Source: Candidatus Saccharimonadota bacterium (lineage in GTDB: Bacteria; Patescibacteriota; Saccharimonadia; Saccharimonadales; Saccharimonadaceae). From it: a stretch of 64,000 bases of DNA. The notes beneath the pieces are model-generated. The model was not told the origin of the DNA, did not search any database, and saw only the letters and a program-made list of their open reading frames with translations. A program made the translations under genes and the position numbers. Shown piece after piece: positions 35,851 through 43,285 of this stretch. Numbering within the stretch: position 1 is the first letter of the stretch; each line of letters begins with the position of its first letter. The stretch is from assembly GCA_027312225.1 (NCBI GenBank), contig DAICXK010000001.1, forward strand, positions 63,148-127,147. Reading direction: 5' to 3'.

Positions 35851-36969
35851 CTATTCCGCAGACTCTTCGATTGCTGAGAACAAATCGTCTTCGATATTCT
35901 TCTTTGGCTTTGGCTCGGCCTTCTCAGGAACTGCCGTTTCGATATCAAGCTCATAGCCTGTTAACCGGCTGGCAAGACGAACATTCTGCCCAGCACGACC
36001 AATTGCGATTGATTGTTGGTCTTCTGTGACAAATACTGTCGCACGCTTTTTATCTTCTTCGATCGTTACTTTTACGACTTCGGCAGGAGAGAGAGCATTC
36101 TTGATGAACTGAACCGGCTCTTCGTCAAACGTAACGATGTCAATTTTCTCTTGATCACCAATCTCGTTCATCACAGCTTGCACACGCGTACCATGACCAC
36201 CAACAAACGTACCGACCGGGTCAACACCAGGAACACTACTAGCAACCGCTAATTTAGTACGGCGGCCGGCCTCACGGGCAATCGCCTTGACTTCAACCGC
36301 ACCAGTCTCAAGCTCTGGTACTTCCTGGCGGAAAAGGTATTCAACGAAGGCTTCGTTACCGCGGCTCAAAATAAGCTGCGGACCACGGTTGTCGCGCTCG
36401 ATGTCCTTGATAAATACCTTGATGCGCGAACCAATACTGTAGAATTCTCCCTGGATTTGCTCACTTTGCGGAATAATACCGATGGCCTTGCCGAGCTCGA
36501 CGCGAATCACACGTGGCTCAACACGCTGGACCGTACCGTTCACCACCGTACCGATTTTGTCTTCGTATTCTGCAAGTACAACCTCGCGCTCTGCCTCACG
36601 GAGACGCTGCAAAACAACTTGCTTAGCTGTCTGCGCAGCCACACGGCCAAAGCTTTTGACTTCGTACTTTTCTTCAATGATGTCGCCAATCGCTGCATCT
36701 TTCTTTACCTTACGAGCATCTTCAAGGCTGATTTCAACTGCGTCGCTACCAACCAGTTCAACTACTTCACGAGCCACAAATACATCGGCAGTGCCGTCGT
36801 TCACGTTCAGCTCGGCACGAACTTCTTGGTCGCGTTCGCCATTATCGCGGCGCCATGCAGCGGCAATCGCCTGCTCAATGACACTGAGCACCACTTCCTC
36901 GGGAAGATTCTTCTCTTCAGCGATCGTACGGACAGCAAGCGTCAGTTGCTTTAGATTAATCTCATCCAT
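35851..36969 (-). CDS. nusA: Transcription termination/antitermination factor NusA
   Basis: 372-aa ORF with an N-terminal RNAP-binding domain, S1 and two KH domains (IGRAGQNVRLASRLTG). Confidence 0.93.
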   Translation of the reverse strand: MDEINLKQLTLAVRTIAEEKNLPEEVVLSVIEQAIAAAWRRDNGERDQEVRAELNVNDGTADVFVAREVVELVGSDAVEISLEDARKVKKDAAIGDIIEEKYEVKSFGRVAAQTAKQVVLQRLREAEREVVLAEYEDKIGTVVNGTVQRVEPRVIRVELGKAIGIIPQSEQIQGEFYSIGSRIKVFIKDIERDNRGPQLILSRGNEAFVEYLFRQEVPELETGAVEVKAIAREAGRRTKLAVASSVPGVDPVGTFVGGHGTRVQAVMNEIGDQEKIDIVTFDEEPVQFIKNALSPAEVVKVTIEEDKKRATVFVTEDQQSIAIGRAGQNVRLASRLTGYELDIETAVPEKAEPKPKKNIEDDLFSAIEESAE

Positions 36970-36989
36970 AATATATTCCTTTCTTTATG

Positions 36990-37013
36990 AAAAAATCCGA
37001 CCTGCTGGCCGGA
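36990..37013 (-). terminator. Terminator-like hairpin inside the nusA 5' leader (candidate attenuator)
   Basis: Minus-strand RNA UCCGGCC-AGCA-GGUCGGA (7 bp including one G-U that would be an A-C mismatch on the plus strand) followed by UUUUUU. Lies between the promoter and the nusA SD. Confidence 0.6.
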
Positions 37014-37027
37014 ACTGTACACTTGTT

Positions 37028-37056
37028 ATTATACCTCGTTACTTTGCCATGTGCAA
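37028..37056 (-). promoter_or_regulatory. nusA promoter TTGCAC-N17-TATAAT
   Basis: Minus strand: TTGCAC (37051-37056) and TATAAT (37028-37033), immediately after the stop of the upstream gene. Confidence 0.7.
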
Positions 37057-37764
37057 CTATTTTATCTCCATCGGTAGTGCCTGTCCCGGACAAACGCGTA
37101 ACACGCGAATCATGGCTTCTTTTTCGGCGGGTGTTACCCATAAGCTGTACTTTTGCTTCACAGCAACTTGACGGGCGACGTATTGGCAGCGAAATGGTTT
37201 GTTTGGCGGCAGCCAAGTCGCTGCATCGCCATCAGACTTTTGCTGGTTAGCTGCACCGCCAACTGCCAATAAATTTAATGGATCATTAGCTAGCGCGACA
37301 CGCTGCTGTTCGGTCAACCCCTGGGCACCTGTCTGCCAGGCATTACTCAGTGCAACGACGTGATCAATTTGCACCAGCTGGCTCGTCTGGGGCCCTCTCA
37401 CAAATGCAATAACCTCACCCGTATAGGGATCGTTCAACGTACCCGACATTACTTTGCATGTCTCGTCAGTTTGCGCGTCGACCAAATCACGATACAAAAT
37501 AATATTGCGGGTATCGCAACCACCTACATTCGTCCAACCATTGCCGAACTGCATCCGCGTATATCCTGTTTTTGGCGCACGACCTTTAGCCTCCAGCGCG
37601 TCAAGAGCCGCAAGAGCGTCACTGGCCGTAGTCTGTACCCCCTGTACATTTTCAGTCTCGGATGGTGCCTGTTGCCACATATCTTGCGAACTGGCCAGCA
37701 GCACACCAAAAACAATGAAAGAGAATAGGACCGCGGCCATACGCCTAAGGCGAAGTTTCTTCAT
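37057..37764 (-). CDS. Secreted or anchored His-Me finger (HNH/DUF1524-like) nuclease
   Basis: 235-aa ORF with an N-terminal signal/anchor (AAVLFSFIVFGVLLASS). Motifs QIDHVVALSNAW ... NLLAVGGAANQQKSDGD are typical of the DUF1524 HNH-type domain. Confidence 0.65.
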   Translation of the reverse strand: MKKLRLRRMAAVLFSFIVFGVLLASSQDMWQQAPSETENVQGVQTTASDALAALDALEAKGRAPKTGYTRMQFGNGWTNVGGCDTRNIILYRDLVDAQTDETCKVMSGTLNDPYTGEVIAFVRGPQTSQLVQIDHVVALSNAWQTGAQGLTEQQRVALANDPLNLLAVGGAANQQKSDGDAATWLPPNKPFRCQYVARQVAVKQKYSLWVTPAEKEAMIRVLRVCPGQALPMEIK

Positions 37765-37770
37765 ATATCT

Positions 37771-37778
37771 AGTATACT
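37771..37778. promoter_or_regulatory. Palindromic AGTATACT providing overlapping divergent TATACT -10 boxes
   Basis: Plus strand: TATACT (37773-37778), then 6 nt to the pepN ATG at 37785. Minus strand: TATACT (37771-37776), then 6 nt to ATG 37764. The intergenic spacer is 20 bp. Confidence 0.55.
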
Positions 37779-37784
37779 GGAGTA

Positions 37785-40316
37785 ATGACTATAGTACCGC
37801 GCCTCATCACCACCTTTGTGCCTACTCATTACGACCTTTCTCTCGAAATCAATCGTACAGAACGTACGTTCCAGGGTACTGTGACCATCAATGGGTCACT
37901 CGTTGAAATGGTCAATTACATCCCTCTTCATACTCAAGAGCTCACTGTTACAAACGCATTGATCGATGGCAAATCAGCCGACGTTACCATCGATAGTGAC
38001 GGTGAGCTACACCTGAGCCAGCCATCACTGATGCCTGGTGAGCACCTCGTTGTGGTCTCGTTTGAGGGTACCATCACCGATGCTATGCACGGCATGTACC
38101 CATGTTACTTCGAACACGATGGCACCAAAAAAGAACTGATTGCAACGCAATTTGAAAGTCACCATGCACGCGAGGTATTCCCCTGTATTGACGAGCCAGA
38201 AGCTAAAGCTACGTTTGACGTTACCTTGACGACCGAACAAGATGTCACGGTGCTAGGTAATATGCCTATTGACTGGCAACGCGTTGAGGACGGCCACCTC
38301 GTGACAGCATTCCAGACCACGCCGCGCATGAGTACCTACCTGCTGGCATGGGTGACGGGCGATCTGCACCGCAAAACCGCCACCACCAAGAATGATGTTG
38401 AGGTCAGCGTCTGGGCAACGCCCGCTCAACCCGGAGCCGGACTTGATTTCCCACTAGAAGTTGCCGTGCGCGCCATCGAGTTTTACGAAGAGTATTACGG
38501 TGTACCGTATCCACTCCCTAAGGCCGATCACGTCGCCCTGCCAGACTTCAGTAGTGGTGCCATGGAGAACTGGGGACTGATTACCTACCGAGAAATCGCG
38601 CTGCTAGCTGACCCTGCCACCACCAGTATTGCCAATCGCCAATATGTTGCCACCGTCATTGCCCATGAGCTAGCACATCAGTGGTTTGGCAATCTTGTTA
38701 CCATGAAGTGGTGGAACAATTTGTGGTTGAACGAGAGCTTTGCCAATATGATGGAATACGTCGCCGTTGATGCACTGTACCCCGAGTGGAACATTTGGCT
38801 GGAACAAGCATCAAACGAAAATGTCATGGCTTTACGCCGCGATGCGATCGACGGCGTCCAGGCAGTGCAAGTCGACGTTAATCATCCCGATGAAATCAGT
38901 ACATTATTTGATGGCGCTATTGTCTACGCCAAGGGCGGCCGTTTGCTACGCATGCTACAATCGTACGTTGGCGAGGCAGCCTTCCGGGCCGGCCTTACAG
39001 ATTACTTCAACCAGTTTGCGTACCAAAATACCGAGGGTGATGATTTGTGGAATGCTATTGGCAAAGCGAGTGGCAAAGACATTGCTGGCTTGATGAACAC
39101 ATGGATTTCGCAATCAGGCTACCCAATCGTTCATATTAACCAAAACGATGACGACCTGATTACCTTGCGCCAAGAACAGTTCTTCATCGGTGAACACCAG
39201 CCCTCCGATAAGCTATGGCCAATTCCCCTAGCCTCAACTGATAGCAGCATGCCTGATCTGCTTGACACCAAAGAGGTGACCGTACCTCGAAGTCAGACGT
39301 CGCTACTACTGCTTAACACTAACGCAACCGCTCATTATCTGCCGCACTACGACCAGGCACTCACTTCGCAGCTGCTTACTGGTATCAAAAATGGCGAGGT
39401 ATCAGAAATTGACCGGTTATCCTACCTCAATGACGTTATTCTCCTCGCTAGGGCTGGCGTTGTAACGACCGCAGACTTGTTACCCGTTCTTGCCGTATTC
39501 GACCAGGAAACAAGCGAACCCGTCTGGGGCCTGATTGCCATGACCTTGGCAGAGCTACGCAAATTTGTTGAGGACAACGAGGCCGCCGAAACAGCATTGC
39601 GCCGTCTCTCTGCCAACATTGCGCGCGCGCAGTACCAACGACTGGGATGGGAAAAGCAGGTGGATGAGCCAGAGGACGACACAAAGCTTCGGAGCCTCAT
39701 TATTAGCCTGATGATTTACGGTGAAGACACCGATGCATTAAAAACGGCAGCCACTCTGTACAAGACAACACCTGTACAGTCGCTTGATCCCGAACTGCGG
39801 TCGGTTATCCTGTCTAGTGTCGTACGTCATGATACGTCGGGCGAAACCGTCGATGCGTTGTTGTCGCTTTACAAGTCAACACAAAATGCAGAGCTAGCAC
39901 TCGACATCTGCAGCGGCATCACCGCCACCCGCCAAGCCGAGAAAATCGACGAATTATTACGATCGATACAAGACCCCCGTATCGTTCGCCCGCAAGATGT
40001 CGCCCGCTGGTTCGTCTATCTCATTCGTGGGCGCGATGGACGCGCACCAGCATGGCAGTGGTTACAAGACAATTGGTCATGGATTGAGACAACATTTGGC
40101 GGTGATAAAAGTTATGATGATTACCCACGATATGCCGCTACCGGCCTGATGACTGAACAGCAACTGACCGAGTACAGGGCCTTCTTTACGCCAAAACAAT
40201 CGATTCCCGCCTTGTCGCGTGTTATCGCACTAGGAATTACCGAGATTGACGCCCGAGTGAGTTTAATCAAGCGAGACAAAGACGCGGTCGTAGCCGCCCT
40301 AACCTCCCAGGAGTAA
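37785..40316 (+). CDS. pepN: M1-family aminopeptidase N
   Basis: 843-aa ORF with GAMENWG and HELAHQWFGNLVTMKWWNNLWLNESFA (HExxH-x18-E) plus an ERAP1-like C-terminal domain. Confidence 0.93.
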   Translation: MTIVPRLITTFVPTHYDLSLEINRTERTFQGTVTINGSLVEMVNYIPLHTQELTVTNALIDGKSADVTIDSDGELHLSQPSLMPGEHLVVVSFEGTITDAMHGMYPCYFEHDGTKKELIATQFESHHAREVFPCIDEPEAKATFDVTLTTEQDVTVLGNMPIDWQRVEDGHLVTAFQTTPRMSTYLLAWVTGDLHRKTATTKNDVEVSVWATPAQPGAGLDFPLEVAVRAIEFYEEYYGVPYPLPKADHVALPDFSSGAMENWGLITYREIALLADPATTSIANRQYVATVIAHELAHQWFGNLVTMKWWNNLWLNESFANMMEYVAVDALYPEWNIWLEQASNENVMALRRDAIDGVQAVQVDVNHPDEISTLFDGAIVYAKGGRLLRMLQSYVGEAAFRAGLTDYFNQFAYQNTEGDDLWNAIGKASGKDIAGLMNTWISQSGYPIVHINQNDDDLITLRQEQFFIGEHQPSDKLWPIPLASTDSSMPDLLDTKEVTVPRSQTSLLLLNTNATAHYLPHYDQALTSQLLTGIKNGEVSEIDRLSYLNDVILLARAGVVTTADLLPVLAVFDQETSEPVWGLIAMTLAELRKFVEDNEAAETALRRLSANIARAQYQRLGWEKQVDEPEDDTKLRSLIISLMIYGEDTDALKTAATLYKTTPVQSLDPELRSVILSSVVRHDTSGETVDALLSLYKSTQNAELALDICSGITATRQAEKIDELLRSIQDPRIVRPQDVARWFVYLIRGRDGRAPAWQWLQDNWSWIETTFGGDKSYDDYPRYAATGLMTEQQLTEYRAFFTPKQSIPALSRVIALGITEIDARVSLIKRDKDAVVAALTSQE

Positions 40317-40317
40317 G

Positions 40318-40857
40318 ATGAAGACACATCCGCCAGAACTCATCAAGACCCTGCGCACAGGAGGAGTAGCCGTGATCCGTACCGATACTATCTATGGTAT
40401 AGTTGGGCGCGCCGATTTACAGGCCACTATTGAACGCATCTTCGAAATCAAAGGCCGCGCACCTGAAAAGTCGCCGATTGTATTAATATCCAGTCCTTCA
40501 GAGATGTTTGACACGTATGACTCCGCAACGTTTGAGATACTGAAATCATACTGGCCCGGACCAAACAGTATTATTCTACCCAGTAGCGCAGGTCCGACCT
40601 GGATTACCCGAGGCAATGCCTCGATTGCCTATCGTTTACCTGCAGACGCCGCCTTACAAGCACTGATTCGTGAAGTTGGCCCGCTCGCGGCACCGAGCGC
40701 AAATCCGGAAGGCCTTACGCCTGCCACGACGATCGATCAAGCGAGAGAGTACTTTGGCGACTTGGTTGACTATTACGTCGATGACGGGACGGTGACAAAC
40801 CAGCAACCGTCGTCGCTCTTTCGATATCAGAATGACACGATAACCAGATTGAGATAA
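40318..40857 (+). CDS. tsaC: L-threonylcarbamoyladenylate synthase (YrdC/TsaC-type, single domain)
   Basis: 179-aa ORF with YrdC-domain blocks (IRTDTIYGIVG, SPSANPEG-like APSANPEG). Starts 1 nt after the pepN stop. Confidence 0.8.
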   Translation: MKTHPPELIKTLRTGGVAVIRTDTIYGIVGRADLQATIERIFEIKGRAPEKSPIVLISSPSEMFDTYDSATFEILKSYWPGPNSIILPSSAGPTWITRGNASIAYRLPADAALQALIREVGPLAAPSANPEGLTPATTIDQAREYFGDLVDYYVDDGTVTNQQPSSLFRYQNDTITRLR

Positions 40858-40865
40858 GAGCATTA

Positions 40866-41903
40866 CTATTCTATTATTTCTAGCCAATCCTCTACTACGA
40901 AGTGTTCTCCTGTCACCGATGCTGCCGCCAGTACGACTTCATTGCTACCCAAGTGCCCTGATGCGTACAATTCGACCGCAAATTTCATCTGGCGCTGTTT
41001 TTTAGGGGTCACTGCAGCTAAACCATCGCCGTACTTGGCGTTTTTACGATATTTTACCTCTGTGAAGTACATTGCCTGACCCTGGCGCGAGATAATATCA
41101 ATTTCACAGAACCTCGTGCGCCAATTGCGCTCGAGAATAACATGGCCTTTGCGCTGCAGATATTCCGCAACGATATCTTCGGCTCTATCGCCAGTCTGCT
41201 TGCCTGTCACCACAGTAGAGCCGTTCGCCAACAAATCTTCAGAAACATCTGCAGCCCGAGCCCCTCGAGACGTCGGGACTCTCGCCGAGACGCGGCGCGA
41301 AGCCGTTGATGAAGATTTCGTTGGCGATACAGGCGAACTATTCTGATACTTCTGTAACGGCGCAAAGCTCAGCCGATGTTCTGGAGTCACCCCTAGTTGC
41401 TCGATTGCCGCCCGATGTTTAGCCACACCATACCCCGCATGCGCTTTGAACCCGTATCCAGGATATACCACATCAAGATCCGCCATATACCGATCGCGCT
41501 CGACTTTGGCGATGATTGACGCGGCGCTCACGCTTGGTATCAGTAAGTCAGCTTTAGGCATTATTTGTACATGTCTACCCTTGCCAGTATCCGCCAAAAA
41601 GTTGACTGTCCCGTCAATAATAATTTCGCTATACGGTGCATTAATCCGCTCGACCGCGCGCCGGGTTGCAAGGCGTAAGGCCGCACTCATACCAATTTTA
41701 TCAAGCTCTGATGCGCTCACCCAACCGCTCGCATAGGCGACAGCATGTGCACTCACCTCATCGTATAGGTGCTCACGCTTCTTCTTCGACAGCTTTTTAC
41801 TATCGGTCAGACCCTCAATCTGGGCGCCCCCTAATACAACCGCCCCTACTACCAGCGGCCCCGCCCATGGTCCACGTCCAGCCTCATCAATCCCCAGAAT
41901 CAT
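40866..41903 (-). CDS. rnhB: Ribonuclease HII fused to a YraN (UPF0102) endonuclease-like domain
   Basis: N-terminal RNase HII motifs (GIDEAGRGPWAGPLVV, DSKKLS). A Ser/Arg-rich linker follows. The C-terminal YraN-like block reads GDRAEDIVAEYLQRKGHVILERNWRTRFCEIDII...FTEVKYR. Start 41903 is supported by TACAAT-N6-ATG. Confidence 0.85.
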   Translation of the reverse strand: MILGIDEAGRGPWAGPLVVGAVVLGGAQIEGLTDSKKLSKKKREHLYDEVSAHAVAYASGWVSASELDKIGMSAALRLATRRAVERINAPYSEIIIDGTVNFLADTGKGRHVQIMPKADLLIPSVSAASIIAKVERDRYMADLDVVYPGYGFKAHAGYGVAKHRAAIEQLGVTPEHRLSFAPLQKYQNSSPVSPTKSSSTASRRVSARVPTSRGARAADVSEDLLANGSTVVTGKQTGDRAEDIVAEYLQRKGHVILERNWRTRFCEIDIISRQGQAMYFTEVKYRKNAKYGDGLAAVTPKKQRQMKFAVELYASGHLGSNEVVLAAASVTGEHFVVEDWLEIIE

Positions 41904-41909
41904 AGGTCT

Positions 41910-41915
41910 ATTGTA
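41910..41915 (-). promoter_or_regulatory. -10 box TACAAT, 6 nt to the rnhB ATG
   Basis: The minus strand reads TTTACAAT AGACCT ATG. Lies between the upstream terminator and the start. Confidence 0.5.
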
Positions 41916-41919
41916 AATG

Positions 41920-41944
41920 AAAAGCACCCTGAGAGGGTGCTTTT
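41920..41944 (-). terminator. Intrinsic terminator after the 41963-42598 gene
   Basis: GCACCC-TGAGA-GGGTGC stem flanked by an A-run and a T-run (bidirectional shape). Confidence 0.7.
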
Positions 41945-41962
41945 CTCTCAGGATCAAGATTC

Positions 41963-42598
41963 CTATAGTTTTGAAACTGAGACTATTTTGAATGTTGCCA
42001 TCTTTAGTGCATCATACTTGTCACTTTGTACCAGAGTAAATGATTCAAAGTCTTGCGATTGTCCAGCATTTAAGTCATTTGCGTACACGGTATCATCAAC
42101 GATTCTTTTGCCTTCAGCGTCGACCGCCTCGATCTGAATACTGTACGACTTTTTCTCATCCAATTTATTCTTGACCGATACGACCAGCTTTGAACTAGCG
42201 AGACCATATTCATCCTCCGTAACTGTGAATTGACCAAGGTCAACCTGAACATCGTTCTTAAGGATGTCTTCCGTGTTATTACCAGACATATCGTCGGCAG
42301 ATTTACTGATCTCATCACCCGCTTTTTCCAATGCATCACCGACTGATTTTTGCATCGCCAAGGTAATTCCCATTGATGCAACCGCCAGTACAAGCGCCAC
42401 AATTGCCGTTGCAATACTCTTTTTCTTTATCAGTGCGACAATCGCAAAGATGAGAGCCAGTGCACCCAATACAAATGCAGCATTGTTAATAATCGGAATA
42501 AATGATAATACGACGCCAATAATACCAAGGACGAGTGCTGTCGTGGCCAAGCCTGATTTTTCGTTACTATTCTTACTCATTATGTAGAATCTCTCCAT
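41963..42598 (-). CDS. Membrane protein with DUF4190-like N-terminus and extracytoplasmic beta-rich domain
   Basis: 211-aa ORF with two hydrophobic helices (LVLGIIGVVLSFIPII, GALALIFAIVALI), then a soluble domain. An alternative start at 42580 (MSKNSNEK) is possible. Confidence 0.55.
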   Translation of the reverse strand: MERFYIMSKNSNEKSGLATTALVLGIIGVVLSFIPIINNAAFVLGALALIFAIVALIKKKSIATAIVALVLAVASMGITLAMQKSVGDALEKAGDEISKSADDMSGNNTEDILKNDVQVDLGQFTVTEDEYGLASSKLVVSVKNKLDEKKSYSIQIEAVDAEGKRIVDDTVYANDLNAGQSQDFESFTLVQSDKYDALKMATFKIVSVSKL

Positions 42599-42655
42599 AT
42601 AGTTAATAGAATCCCTTTAAGTTTACCCCCCGGCCGCCATATTTGGCAAGGGGAT

Positions 42656-42692
42656 AATAAAAAACACCTCCCGTCATAATAAGGGGAGGTGT
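42656..42692 (-). terminator. Intrinsic terminator after rplS
   Basis: 9-bp stem ACACCTCCC/GGGAGGTGT (42664-42672 with 42684-42692), followed on the minus strand by UUUUUAUU. Confidence 0.75.
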
Positions 42693-42710
42693 TGATGAGA
42701 AGAGAAAGAA

Positions 42711-43142
42711 CTATTCGGCTTTTTCTTCGGCAGGTGCTTCCTCGGCAACTTCCGCAGGCGCCTCTTCCAGCGTATTAACCGCCTCACGGTCAAAGCCAAC
42801 AGCCGTCAGGCGTGCGCTCTTACCGCTACGGTTGCGTAGGTATGACAGGAAGTTGCGGCGAACCTTGGCACGACGTACGATCTCAACCTTTTCTACAAGC
42901 GGGCTGTGAAGAAGGAATGACTTCTCAACACCAACACCGCTGGCAATCTTACGGACCGTGATACGGCTGGTGTGCTGCTTTTTGTTATCGGTACGGATAA
43001 CGACACCCTCAAACACCTGAACACGCTCTTTGTTGCCTTCTTTAATTTTCTGGTGAACACGAACGGTATCACCGCTGCGTACGTCAACAACTGAGTGCTT
43101 TTTCTGCTCGTCGTTTACTTTTTGAATCAATGCAAAACTCAT
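42711..43142 (-). CDS. rplS: 50S ribosomal protein L19 (with acidic/Ala-rich C-terminal tail)
   Basis: 143-aa ORF with L19 blocks (FRSGDTVRVH-like VRSGDTVRVHQKIKEG, ERVQVFEGVVI, RRAKVRRNFLSYLR). Confidence 0.93.
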   Translation of the reverse strand: MSFALIQKVNDEQKKHSVVDVRSGDTVRVHQKIKEGNKERVQVFEGVVIRTDNKKQHTSRITVRKIASGVGVEKSFLLHSPLVEKVEIVRRAKVRRNFLSYLRNRSGKSARLTAVGFDREAVNTLEEAPAEVAEEAPAEEKAE

Positions 43143-43254
43143 ATTTTACCTCTATAATTAGTGCCTTGTTTGCGATGTTGGCTGGCCACGCAGTTGTACG
43201 GCTGCGGCTCCACACCCTCGAATCGAGGCGTTTACTCTATACAATCAATTGCCG

Positions 43255-43265
43255 ATTATAGCACA
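43255..43265 (-). promoter_or_regulatory. Extended -10 promoter TGTGCTATAAT for rplS (about 105-nt leader)
   Basis: The minus strand reads TGTGCTATAAT. The leader down to 43143 contains GC-rich stem-loops and the SD AGAGG. Confidence 0.6.
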
Positions 43266-43285
43266 AAATGACGCTTAATAAAAGG

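Noticed and set aside
36482-37171. 229-aa plus-strand ORF antisense to nusA. Similar long antisense ORFs at 49520-50203, 22350-22940, 9015-9536, 9847-10365, 31762-32223 and 46319-46801
   Set aside because: Each lies entirely opposite a well-supported conserved gene. They have low-complexity Ser/Arg/Ala-rich translations and no promoter or SD signals. These are typical shadow ORFs.
41904-41957. ORF-track N-terminal extensions: rnhB to 41957, HAD-IIB to 24841, DEAD-box to 56260, clpP to 6281, 19188 start, PP2C-like to 12125, PPP-like to 13035
   Set aside because: The extensions run through terminator hairpins, CIRCE or -10 boxes, or overlap the upstream gene. Internal ATGs have the TAnAnT-N6-ATG signal or a well-spaced SD, and they give N-termini that match family expectations.
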